DNA of 64,000 nucleotides from an uncultured Clostridia bacterium (GCA_963556825.1 CAUWAM010000002.1:53135-117134); one strand, 5' to 3'. Positions 8,923 through 18,084 are shown, counted from the stretch's first letter. Notes: generated by a model not told the origin, from the sequence alone. Numbers and translations: made by a program.

Positions 8923-10797
8923 TTAACCTCCTAACCCTGTAATCCAAGTTTGATTTCCTATTTGTTGAATTAATAATAAATTTATTTTTGCTTGTTCTTT
9001 TACTTCAAGTTGTTTTGTGTAAACACCTTTATCTGTCATTTCAGCTACTCTTTCATCTGTTGAACTATTAAATGTTCTGTTTCCATCTGCATCAATTCTT
9101 GTATATGTATTCTTAGTACTTGAATTTACTTGAATACCTTTTCCTATTTCAACTGTATCTGTTCTTGTTTCATTTGAATTTTGTTGCCAAATAGATTTTT
9201 CTATTCCTAATGAGACCATTAAATCCGAAATATAATAAGAACTTTCTGTATCACTACCTATTTCGATTTTTATATTATTACTTGTAATTTCAATAGGTAT
9301 TACTTTTTCAATCCAAGTATTTATATTTCCATCTAATTTGTACTCTGTTGTATCATTTATTTTTATATAACCTGTTGCATCTGTTTTTAATTTATAATAG
9401 TTGAAACTTATAACATATTGCCCATTTTTTACTATTTGTGCTTGCACTGATATTCCCTTATTTATTACATATCCTTCATCACTAACATTATTTTGTTGAA
9501 CATTAGTATCTGTATATTCTTCTAAAGTTGCACTATCTTTTTCTGTTGAACCTCTCCAATATTCTTTAGAATAGAAAAATAAATTTCCTCCCCCAGTTTC
9601 TTTAGATTGTAATGTTATACCTTCTATACTGTGTTTTAATTCATTTACTCTTTCTATTAATTCTTCTTTTGTTGCAACTTTTTGTGTAAATCCATCTATA
9701 TCTTGTTCTACTTTTGTTATTTTTTCTTGCTGTTCAGAAGTTTCTTGAACTAATTGAGTTATCTTCCCATCAATTTGATTTATTTCACTTTGAACTCTTT
9801 TTATTTTGTTAGAATTACTTTGTTTTGTTTGCATACTTTCTTGTTCTGTTTTAGCTTGTACATTATTTTTTATACTTGCCTTAAATTTACCAGCATATTT
9901 TAATTCACCTTGGTATAAAATCTTTTTACCATCTACAACTAATATATCTCCTATATCGTAAGCTGGATCTATTATTGTCTCTCCTTCAAATGTATATACT
10001 TCAAATTCTTTTATTTGATTATAAATATTTTCTACCTGTTCACTATCAACTATATACATATTATTGGGGTCAATAAATACTGTTGCATATGTTTCATATC
10101 CGAATTTATAATTTTGTATTCCATCTTCATATGAAACTCTGCTGACTTTAAATTTATCTCCCCAAGTAAAATCACCAAACAAATTGATATCAAAATTAAC
10201 AGTATCCTCTCCAAAAGTTTTTATATACAACTTTCCATCTCTTCCTATTACAGCAAATCCGCATGCTTGTTCTGCTATGTAACCTAAATATGTTCTTGCT
10301 GTTACTGTATTATCATATACTGATATTTGCTTGTTACAATTAAGAAAAGTAGTAGAACCTAACTCTACTCCTACTTTTTCACATATATCTTTTAAAACTT
10401 CTAACATTATTTTTGGATATGTTAAATTACTACCATCATATTTTGTATCTTCAAATTTCTTCATATAATCTGTGGCTTTTATTTTCACTTTAAATTCATC
10501 ATCTTCTATAGTTTGAATCGAAAAATACCCTATTGGTACTATTTCATCATCTACACCTGTTTCCACATATACCTCATTATAAATCTCTGGTAAATCTCTT
10601 TTGTCTATTTCAAATTCAATATCTATTTCAGGTGTACAACCCAAACAAAATTCATTATTATTAAATAATTCAGATGTTGAACTAAAATCTATAATATGAT
10701 TTGGTTCAATTTTATTTCCATCTATGTATATATTTAATTCATGTTGTGTTGAATCTTCTAGTACTTTATCTTTGTAATTTTGACTTATATTATACAT
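8923..10797 (-). CDS. tail-associated lysin / tail tip protein (Tal, prophage endopeptidase-tail-like N-terminus)
   Basis: 624 aa, positioned after the Dit-like gene. Central coiled coil (QSEINQIDGKITQLVQETSEQQEKITKVEQDIDG). Confidence 0.65.
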   Translation of the reverse strand: MYNISQNYKDKVLEDSTQHELNIYIDGNKIEPNHIIDFSSTSELFNNNEFCLGCTPEIDIEFEIDKRDLPEIYNEVYVETGVDDEIVPIGYFSIQTIEDDEFKVKIKATDYMKKFEDTKYDGSNLTYPKIMLEVLKDICEKVGVELGSTTFLNCNKQISVYDNTVTARTYLGYIAEQACGFAVIGRDGKLYIKTFGEDTVNFDINLFGDFTWGDKFKVSRVSYEDGIQNYKFGYETYATVFIDPNNMYIVDSEQVENIYNQIKEFEVYTFEGETIIDPAYDIGDILVVDGKKILYQGELKYAGKFKASIKNNVQAKTEQESMQTKQSNSNKIKRVQSEINQIDGKITQLVQETSEQQEKITKVEQDIDGFTQKVATKEELIERVNELKHSIEGITLQSKETGGGNLFFYSKEYWRGSTEKDSATLEEYTDTNVQQNNVSDEGYVINKGISVQAQIVKNGQYVISFNYYKLKTDATGYIKINDTTEYKLDGNINTWIEKVIPIEITSNNIKIEIGSDTESSYYISDLMVSLGIEKSIWQQNSNETRTDTVEIGKGIQVNSSTKNTYTRIDADGNRTFNSSTDERVAEMTDKGVYTKQLEVKEQAKINLLLIQQIGNQTWITGLGG

Positions 10798-10807
10798 TTA
10801 TAGCCTC

Positions 10808-11230
10808 CTATAAATTTGCATTTTTTGAAGCTTGTTTTTGAGCTTCTGTTAGTTCTTTTTGCGTCAAATTAAATGAACACTTCCATCTTGTTTTGGAAGT
10901 GTTCGTATTTAATTCTGTATCTATCATTTCTACTTTTCTTTTTGAAACTCTAAATTTTGCTCCTTCTAAAAATCCACCATTAATAACAGGCACTTTTACA
11001 TCTAGTATAAGTGGATTTTTATATGTCTTTTGTATAAGTTGTTCTGCTTCTTCTTCTGAATTTAACTCCCAAGCCATAGAGAGGTTTAACATTCCTATAG
11101 CTATGGGATTATCTATTATTGCTCCTGTTTTTTTACTTGTATAACTATCGTTGTCTGTATCTTCTATATCTGCATTATATGATGAGGGTGTTGGTAAATT
11201 TTCTGTTTTTCCATGTTCTCTCCATAACAT
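10808..11230 (-). CDS. putative distal tail protein-like component
   Basis: Called from synteny only (between TMP and Tal). 140 aa is short for a Dit. Confidence 0.35.
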   Translation of the reverse strand: MLWREHGKTENLPTPSSYNADIEDTDNDSYTSKKTGAIIDNPIAIGMLNLSMAWELNSEEEAEQLIQKTYKNPLILDVKVPVINGGFLEGAKFRVSKRKVEMIDTELNTNTSKTRWKCSFNLTQKELTEAQKQASKNANL

Positions 11231-11289
11231 TATTAATCACCTCCAATAAAAAAAGACAGGAATTAATCCTTGTCTTTGCTTTCATCATT

Positions 11290-11706
11290 CTATTTAATTT
11301 GTGCATTTTCTCTTATTATTATTTCCAATATACTCAAACATTTTTGGGCTTGTAGATAAGATTCTTTATACTTTTTACTTTTTTTCTCCAATCCTATATG
11401 TATTCCTGTTTTTAAAAAAGGTATAATAATAAATGGGTTATTTATATCATTTGTTCTAATTTCAATATCTAATTTAGTAATTAACTTCGTATTTGTTCCT
11501 ACTAACAAATTGGTATTTCGTACTTTAGAACCTATTGTATTTTCTATCCCATCTTCAACTAATCTAACATCCAATATTTTAGAAAAATCAATAATATTAT
11601 TATCTACAATAATTTTCTTTTCAGTATGATTTATAAAAAATCCATCCGCTAATTTATTATAATTAATTGGAACATCATTTTTTTTATTATTTCTAAAAAT
11701 TCCCAT
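11290..11706 (-). CDS. hypothetical moron protein inserted between TMP and Dit-like gene
   Basis: Strong RBS aggaggtaagg before MGIFRNNKKN. An 86-bp AT-rich spacer upstream suggests its own promoter. No family recognised. Confidence 0.5.
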   Translation of the reverse strand: MGIFRNNKKNDVPINYNKLADGFFINHTEKKIIVDNNIIDFSKILDVRLVEDGIENTIGSKVRNTNLLVGTNTKLITKLDIEIRTNDINNPFIIIPFLKTGIHIGLEKKSKKYKESYLQAQKCLSILEIIIRENAQIK

Positions 11707-11834
11707 ATTCCTTACCTCCTGTTGTAGTATATCATTATAATATTGCAAAATTTGTCGAAACTTGTTTTATTTTATTAAATATCAAAATTTATTATTTGTA
11801 TATAACACATTTGTGATTTAACTGTAACACATAC

Positions 11835-13625
11835 TTAATTACCCACAGTTACTATTGTATTTTTTCCAGTTCTTCTAGTTCTTGAATTTATATAATCTAT
11901 TGTATCATCAAATATTTCTTTTCCTAAATATTGTATTGTTACATGTAATGGTTGTCCATTATTACTATTAAAATCTGATAATACCTCTTCAAATGTATCT
12001 CTCATTATGTTTTGTGGTGTAACAATTTCTGGATTTGATTTAGCTCCTGAGTATTCTCCTGCTATTATTGCTGTTGCTTCTGTTAATACTCCACCTTTTG
12101 CCAATCTTGGTAATGAAATTGTACTTATTTGTAAATTTATAGGGTCTAATCCTATTAAAGAACCTACTGCATTTGCTACACTACTTATTCCTGATAAAAG
12201 TTTATTTATACCTTTTATTGTTCCATTTACAAAACCTTCTATACCACCTAGTATAAAATTGATTACACTTTTTATACCTGACCAAATTCCATTCCACACA
12301 TTGTTTACAACTTTTGAAATAGTATTCCAAACATTAGACCATATTTCTTGAATTTTCCCTAAAACAAATTTTATAGTTTCCCATATTTTATTTATTATCG
12401 GTGAAATAATATTCCATATTCCTTGAAATACTTTTGAAATCAACTGCCAAATCCAATTAAATATTTGAGAAAATATATTCCAAATTGAGTTCAATATTGT
12501 CGATAAAATATTCCAAATCGACTGAAATATTGTTGATATTATTTGCCATATTGCATTTACTATTGGTGATACAATGTTCCATATTGCCTCAAATACTGTT
12601 TTAACTAAATTCCAAATAAATCCTAATATTGTTGATATTACATTCCAAATTGCTTCAAATATGAAGGATACTTGGTTCCATAAATTTGTAAAAAAGCCTA
12701 CTACAGCATCTATTACAGTTTTTACTGTCTTTTTTAACCAGTTCATAATATTATCCCAATTAATGATAGCTACTACAATTAATGCAATAACTACTATTAT
12801 AGCTATTATTTTAAGAATAAATGGTATCATTTTACCATTTAATATCGAAAAAGAATCTGTAAGTATTTCTGTAGCTGTTGACCATATTTTATAAGCGATA
12901 CTCAACACACCTATAGCTATCGCAATTCCTAATATTATTTCTGCTATTATTGGATTTTCGACTACCCATTTTAATATATCTACCATACCACTTAATATAT
13001 CTAATGCAACTGTTCCTATATTTTGTCCTATATTAGATAATGCGTCAACCAATGGTTGCCAATCTATTTCTGCTAATTTTTCTGATATTACCCTGAATTT
13101 ATCTGAACAATTATTTAACCAATCTTGAAATCCTTTACTTAGTACAACATTATTAATTGCTCCTAATAAATTATTAAAAGCTTTTGATAAATTTTGTACT
13201 ATAGCATCTCCATTACCATTATAATTCCATGCAATTGAAAAACTCTCTTCTATATTATAAGCTTCTATCATAGATTTATCAATTTTTGGAGTTATTACAT
13301 TTAACTTAATTTGTCGAGCATTTATTTTTTCTTGTAGACTATCAATTTGCTTTTGTATTTGACTTATTTGATTTTGTGCATTTTTATTGTTTACTTTTAT
13401 TGCTATTTCATTATTTGCAGAACTATTTTTTAAATCTTGCATTTTCTTTTTCATAAAATTAACTGCTTGATGTAATTTGCTTGTCATTGTTTTTGTATCT
13501 ACTTTTGAAAAAGCATCTTGTACTTGTTTTACTATTTTATTTATAGTAGGTACAATTTTCTCAAATTCTTTTAATGCTTTTTCTACTTTTGCTGTTACAA
13601 TAATTTCAATTTCTTCTGTTGACAT
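11835..13625 (-). CDS. tail tape measure protein
   Basis: About 596 aa, with an N-terminal coiled coil, a hydrophobic core and a run of 11-residue W-containing repeats. RBS aaaggagga before MSTEEIEI. Confidence 0.85.
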   Translation of the reverse strand: MSTEEIEIIVTAKVEKALKEFEKIVPTINKIVKQVQDAFSKVDTKTMTSKLHQAVNFMKKKMQDLKNSSANNEIAIKVNNKNAQNQISQIQKQIDSLQEKINARQIKLNVITPKIDKSMIEAYNIEESFSIAWNYNGNGDAIVQNLSKAFNNLLGAINNVVLSKGFQDWLNNCSDKFRVISEKLAEIDWQPLVDALSNIGQNIGTVALDILSGMVDILKWVVENPIIAEIILGIAIAIGVLSIAYKIWSTATEILTDSFSILNGKMIPFILKIIAIIVVIALIVVAIINWDNIMNWLKKTVKTVIDAVVGFFTNLWNQVSFIFEAIWNVISTILGFIWNLVKTVFEAIWNIVSPIVNAIWQIISTIFQSIWNILSTILNSIWNIFSQIFNWIWQLISKVFQGIWNIISPIINKIWETIKFVLGKIQEIWSNVWNTISKVVNNVWNGIWSGIKSVINFILGGIEGFVNGTIKGINKLLSGISSVANAVGSLIGLDPINLQISTISLPRLAKGGVLTEATAIIAGEYSGAKSNPEIVTPQNIMRDTFEEVLSDFNSNNGQPLHVTIQYLGKEIFDDTIDYINSRTRRTGKNTIVTVGN

Positions 13626-13655
13626 TTTTATTCCTCCTTTCATATATTTTTTAAT

Positions 13656-13686
13656 AATAAAAAAACACCTACATAAGTAAGTGTTT
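13656..13686 (-). terminator. intrinsic terminator immediately upstream of TMP
   Basis: Minus strand AAACACTTAC-TTAT-GTAGGTGTTT (10 bp including a G-U pair) followed by T7. Confidence 0.65.
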
Positions 13687-13704
13687 TTTATTTATACTTC
13701 ATAT

Positions 13705-14102
13705 CTATATAACTTCATTTCTTACATTTTGTTCTTTTGCTTTTTCCCATTTTTCTATTAATATCATCATTTCTTCTTTGGAATGATTTACATATTTCAA
13801 AACTATCGTTTGCATTTTATCTTTTATATATATTTTTCCAAAATTAAAAATATTATCTACTGCAGTTATATTTACTATTCTATATAATGGTACTATTTTT
13901 TGTTTTTTATTAATTACACCTGTTTCTATTATTAATTTTTCATTATTATAATAATATCTGCAATTTTTTAAAATAAAATAGTAGCATAATGGCACTATAA
14001 GAATTAAAAACATAGCCCCCCACTTGCAAGAGTCATTAATATCCCTAAAACAAGCCAAAAAACAAACCAAAACTTATTAATTTCAATGTTATAATAATTC
14101 AT
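13705..14102 (-). pseudogene. bacterial PH-domain (bPH_2/YdbS-like) membrane protein split at a poly-G tract
   Basis: ATG at 14102 with RBS aaaggag gives MNYYNIEINKFWFVFWLVLGILMTLASGG then a stop. One extra G in the G6 tract (14016-14021) would join it to …AMFLILIVPLCYY…LIIETGVINKKQKIVPLYRIVNI…. Confidence 0.6.
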
Positions 14103-14114
14103 TCTTTGCTCCTT

Positions 14115-14555
14115 TTATTTTAATCCAAATTGTGCTTTTGATGTTACTTTACCATTTTGAAAAGTAATATTAGCATTTGCTCCTATGCTTCCTTCCCCAT
14201 ACCATGAATACATTGTAGTTTTTATATTTGCTATTTCTGATTCAGATAAGACTGTCCCTTCTTCTCCTATTATTTCTACTACTTGATCATAAGTCATTCC
14301 TGTTTCGATTTTATTGAATTTTTCAAGAGTTAATTTTTCTTGTTTTTGTTCAACTGCTGTATTTGTTTGATTTGAATTATTAGTTTTATTTCCACTTCCA
14401 CTAGCAACTGCTATTGCACCTATAACTATTACTATCAATATAAAAGTTATAACTTTATGTTTTACAAAAAAATTCCTTTGGTCTTTACCACATTTAGGAC
14501 AAACTCCTTTTGAACTTACTTCTGCTCCACATTCTTTACAGTTTTTTAATGACAT
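14115..14555 (-). CDS. zinc-ribbon / TM / DUF3862-like exported protein
   Basis: CKECG…CPKCG, then a TM segment, then a C-terminal LTLEKFNKIETGMTYDQVVEIIG… domain. Confidence 0.55.
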   Translation of the reverse strand: MSLKNCKECGAEVSSKGVCPKCGKDQRNFFVKHKVITFILIVIVIGAIAVASGSGNKTNNSNQTNTAVEQKQEKLTLEKFNKIETGMTYDQVVEIIGEEGTVLSESEIANIKTTMYSWYGEGSIGANANITFQNGKVTSKAQFGLK

Positions 14556-14733
14556 AAATATTCCTCCTTTTATTTTAATCTAAAAAGTTATGTCAGCAAA
14601 TTTCGACATACTTTTTATTTTTACTATTTTATAATATAATAAAATATATTTTTTGTATGTAATACAAACGTAATTCAAATGTGTTGCATACGTATTTTAC
14701 CAAATTGTTTATAATTGATGTTAGGAGGTCACT

Positions 14734-14922
14734 ATGAATAGTTTTAAAATACCTATAATCCCATCAACAACTCAACGTTCTATTAGATTTCCAAATGATT
14801 TAATTGATGATGTAGAAAAAGCAATTCGAGGAAAAGAGACTACATTTACTGCATTTATTGTTGCTGCAACTAGACACGCAATAGATGAATTAAATAATAA
14901 TAATCATGATGATTTAACGTAA
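14734..14922 (+). CDS. ribbon-helix-helix (CopG/Arc-like) small DNA-binding protein
   Basis: QRSIRFPNDLIDDVEKAI…FTAFIVAATRHAIDEL pattern. aggaggt RBS. Divergent from 14115..14555. Confidence 0.5.
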   Translation: MNSFKIPIIPSTTQRSIRFPNDLIDDVEKAIRGKETTFTAFIVAATRHAIDELNNNNHDDLT

Positions 14923-14924
14923 AA

Positions 14925-14970
14925 TTAATAAGAACATCTGTATACTTTGTATAGCTTATGTTCTTATTAA
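14925..14970. terminator. bidirectional terminator
   Basis: 13-bp stem ttaataagaacat/atgttcttattaa, with T runs on both sides. Confidence 0.6.
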
Positions 14971-15320
14971 TCTTTTTCAGCTTTCATTAGATTTCTCATT
15001 CTTTGTATAATTTCTTCTGGAGATTGTAATTTTTGCTCTTCTTCTTTAAATAATTCTTTATAACTATCTCTAATTGGTACTATTTTTGGATTTCTACTCA
15101 TACTATCTGCCCTTATAAGTTTATTTGTTACCGCTTCTTGTAAATTAATTTCGCGTTTTAAATCATCAATTATTTTTACAAGATGTGTTTGACAATATGC
15201 ATTTACTTCTGAATATCTACTATTCCAAAACTCATGAGGTTTCATATCAAAATAATAAGCTAAAGGCTCTATTGAATATATTAACTCAATTAAATTATGA
15301 ACCTCTTTAATTTTTTCCAC
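14967..15320 (-). CDS. tail assembly chaperone, T-like part
   Basis: Position between the G-like ORF and the TMP side. Lies in the -1 frame relative to 15329..15790. Confidence 0.45.
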   Translation of the reverse strand: MEKIKEVHNLIELIYSIEPLAYYFDMKPHEFWNSRYSEVNAYCQTHLVKIIDDLKREINLQEAVTNKLIRADSMSRNPKIVPIRDSYKELFKEEEQKLQSPEEIIQRMRNLMKAEKD

Positions 15321-15328
15321 TATATCAT

Positions 15329-15790
15329 TTAGGCCTCGTAGCCTTGAAATCCCTGTTCTTGAAATTGTCTCTCTGCTATTTTGCTCATTGCATTTTCTGC
15401 TGATTTTTGAACTAAATCGTTCATATTCATTGTTGATAAAGGATTTGATGTCATTTCTTTTAGTTCTTTCTTGCTCATTTTCTTTTTGAAAAAACCCTCT
15501 TCATTTAATGCCTCTGCAATCTTTCCATAAATATCATTTGCTGTTATATTTTCTTTTCTGCAATCATCTATAAAATCATATACTTCATCTGAAGATGTAA
15601 ATGCACTTTTACCATCCTCTGTTTCGGCTAATTTAAATATAATTTTTGATAGTGCTTCTAAATCAATTATTGAATATGCTTTTGTAAAAGCTTCTTCAAA
15701 ATTTTTATTTTTTAATATGTTAGACATATCTACTATCTTTCTTGTTTTTAATACTAAATTAATTGTTTTATTTTTTGTTTCTATAATCAT
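15329..15790 (-). CDS. tail assembly chaperone, G-like
   Basis: 153-aa acidic protein directly downstream of the major tail gene. Confidence 0.5.
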   Translation of the reverse strand: MIIETKNKTINLVLKTRKIVDMSNILKNKNFEEAFTKAYSIIDLEALSKIIFKLAETEDGKSAFTSSDEVYDFIDDCRKENITANDIYGKIAEALNEEGFFKKKMSKKELKEMTSNPLSTMNMNDLVQKSAENAMSKIAERQFQEQGFQGYEA

Positions 15791-15846
15791 TTTTATCCTC
15801 TCCTTTGCAAAAGAGAGGGTTATATTTCAAACCCTCAATATTTTAA

Positions 15847-16305
15847 TTATTCAGCTGTAGGAAATCCTTTATTTTCCTTTATTTCTGAACTTCTATATAT
15901 AGTTAATTTTGATTTTAACATATCATCTATAGCAATTTCACTCATTCCAATATAGCATGTTCCTGTAAAGTACCATGTTAATGGTTTTCCTTCTTCTAAT
16001 GCTGTACTTTCTGGTAATTGGATTGCCCAATATCCGTTTGTTTTTGCTGTTTGAAGTGCTTTTAATTCATCATATTGATCTTCTTTAAATAATATTTCTA
16101 TTTCTATGTTTTCTGCTTTTTGTCTTCCTTCAGCTTGTCTTTCATCTGGAATATCTAAAGCACTGTATGTAATTCCTTCTGGTGCTTTTAAAAATTCTGG
16201 TATGCTTTGTACAAAAGCTACCTGTTTTCTTTTTGCTTCATCCTTTAAATCTTCTAATGTATCGGCATGAAATAATTTTGTCATTGTACTTGTTTTTGGT
16301 TCCAT
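15847..16305 (-). CDS. major tail protein (TP901-1/phi13-like size class)
   Basis: 152 aa; called from synteny upstream of the chaperones. Confidence 0.55.
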   Translation of the reverse strand: MEPKTSTMTKLFHADTLEDLKDEAKRKQVAFVQSIPEFLKAPEGITYSALDIPDERQAEGRQKAENIEIEILFKEDQYDELKALQTAKTNGYWAIQLPESTALEEGKPLTWYFTGTCYIGMSEIAIDDMLKSKLTIYRSSEIKENKGFPTAE

Positions 16306-16379
16306 TTTAATTCCTCCTTATTATTCTACAATTTTGTCTTGCAATTACTCTTATATCATATTTTCATTATCAAAAATAT

Positions 16380-16640
16380 TTAAAAATTCAGATTCAAATG
16401 CTGTATATTGTATTGATATTGTAATCTTTCTTCCTCTGATTTTTCTTGTTCTTTTTTATCTTTCCATTTTTTTTGTGCTGTTTGAATAGCTTTTTGAACT
16501 CGTCTGTCAAATTCTGCTTGATTTTTTCTATCTTTTAAGAAATCATCAAATGTTACAGGATTATTATTTGCTCCCGCCGGTTCATTATTTGCCCCAGTAT
16601 TAGCATTATTTAAATTTGTACTATTATCTTGTCCTTTCAT
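16380..16640 (-). pseudogene. truncated head scaffolding protein (DUF4355-like N-terminus only)
   Basis: TFDDFLKDRKNQAEFDRRVQKAIQTAQKKWK… resembles a scaffold N-terminus. Ends after 86 aa, about 70 bp before the major tail gene, with no capsid gene between them. Confidence 0.45.
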
Positions 16641-16650
16641 TTTTTACCTC

Positions 16651-16689
16651 TTTCTAGCCCCAGCCATTGTATTTCTACCCCAGCTATTG
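16651..16689 (-). repeat. tandem direct repeat CAAT(A/G)GCTGGGG(C)TAGAAA x2 just upstream of scaffold remnant
   Basis: tttctagccccagccattg (16651-16669) and tttctaccccagctattg (16672-16689). Locally GC-rich. Confidence 0.6.
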
Positions 16690-16826
16690 CTTTTTGTTAT
16701 TTTGTTTATTCTATAAAGCCTAACTACAATCAAAACGGCATAAAAATAAGAGCCTGTCGACTTGACTCTTTAATTTATAATTATAAAAATTTTAATAACT
16801 TATTTATTTTTTCTTTAATGTCATGT

Positions 16827-17087
16827 TCATTCTTTTATTAAACACCTATCTTTAATCTTATATGGACAAAATACCTTACCTTCTCTAAGATTTGTAATTT
16901 CTAAAAAAGAACAGTTTTTACACTGTTCTGGTAATTCATCTTTTATTTGTTTTAGCTTATAATTGTCTTCATACTTTTGCTTTTCTTCTATTATATTTAG
17001 TACTTCTTTACAATTATCTAATTTACATATTTTACACTTCTTATTTCCATTTGGACATACTTTATTATCTATTAAACATTGAACCAT
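16827..17087 (-). CDS. Cys-rich small protein (10 Cys)
   Basis: 86-aa ORF with CxxxxxxCxxC-type spacing. No family recognised. Confidence 0.4.
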   Translation of the reverse strand: MVQCLIDNKVCPNGNKKCKICKLDNCKEVLNIIEEKQKYEDNYKLKQIKDELPEQCKNCSFLEITNLREGKVFCPYKIKDRCLIKE

Positions 17088-17182
17088 ATGTTATTCCTCT
17101 TCTGTGCATATTAATTTATTGTCTATTCTTTTTGATATTTTTATCTGCGACTTTTTAACTTATACTAATTTTACCACATTTT

Positions 17183-17614
17183 TTAATCATTTACCGCCAA
17201 GTTTCCGCCAAGTTTTTTTAATTCATTATGTACTGCATATATCAACTCTTGATTTCTCCTTTCAAATGTTCTTTCAGACATTCCAGTTTCAATTACTTCC
17301 CATTTTGATTTGCATAATATGTAATATTTATCAAATATTATTTTGCAATCTTTATTTGTTAATTCTAGCGCTTGTACTACTGCTTTATATTCTTTTATAG
17401 ATTTCTGTAATTGCGTATTTTCTTCCAATTTTATAACACTATTTAAAACATTGTCACTTACATTGTATTGAGCTCTAGGCATTCCATCCAACTTTTGACT
17501 ACTTATACTCAATATGTCTGATCTTATGTTCAATATATTGATGCAATTATATTTGTATCTTTTTAAACATCCTTTTGAATAATTATATTCTTCTCTACTC
17601 AACTTTTTATTCAT
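17183..17614 (-). CDS. phage late transcriptional activator, ArpU/RinA-like
   Basis: 143 aa. Position is before the structural genes. C-terminal GMSERTFERRNQELIYAV HTH-like segment. Confidence 0.5.
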   Translation of the reverse strand: MNKKLSREEYNYSKGCLKRYKYNCINILNIRSDILSISSQKLDGMPRAQYNVSDNVLNSVIKLEENTQLQKSIKEYKAVVQALELTNKDCKIIFDKYYILCKSKWEVIETGMSERTFERRNQELIYAVHNELKKLGGNLAVND

Positions 17615-17808
17615 TTGTGCCCCCCTTGTTTATTCTTTATACTCTCTCTTATTAATTCATCTTTGAAACTATCTAATATTTTATATGCTCTATTTAATTG
17701 AGCTTGACTTTGCTTTCTTTTTGTTATATCTATTAAATTTATATCCTCTAATTCAGTCATTGTGTTTATTACTATATTATATATGTGATTTATTGTCATT
17801 TGTGTCAT
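17611..17808 (-). CDS. hypothetical phage protein
   Basis: 65-aa ORF; stop overlaps the next start (ATGA). Confidence 0.4.
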   Translation of the reverse strand: MTQMTINHIYNIVINTMTELEDINLIDITKRKQSQAQLNRAYKILDSFKDELIRESIKNKQGGHK

Positions 17809-17835
17809 CTCGCTTTCAATTATTTATTTCTATTA

Positions 17836-18084
17836 CTAAAAATGTTCTTCTTTTATATCGAAATATATATCATCAATTAATTCTTCTACTATGTCTAACA
17901 TTTTTATGTTTTTGCATATATCGTTTGATTTTCCTATATTTCTTATTTTTAATAACTTTTCGTATATACTTTGTTTTGCTTTATAATTTTCTTTTTTTAA
18001 TGCCTTTATTATTTCTTCTTGTTGGTCTATTATACTTCTTTGTTCTCTATTTTTATTTTTAAAATAATTTTTATTATCTATCAT
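17836..18084 (-). CDS. hypothetical phage protein
   Basis: 82-aa ORF with ggagg RBS. Confidence 0.4.
   Translation of the reverse strand: MIDNKNYFKNKNREQRSIIDQQEEIIKALKKENYKAKQSIYEKLLKIRNIGKSNDICKNIKMLDIVEELIDDIYFDIKEEHF

Noticed and set aside
12007-12894. Plus-strand ORFs inside the tape measure gene, and many similar shadow ORFs (e.g. 17104..17400, 17685..18062, 31330..31644, 37265..37615, 55510..56169, 59907..60344)
   Set aside because: All are antisense to well-supported minus-strand genes. They have low-complexity F/L/I/S-rich products, no RBS and no family resemblance, which is typical of AT-rich shadow frames.
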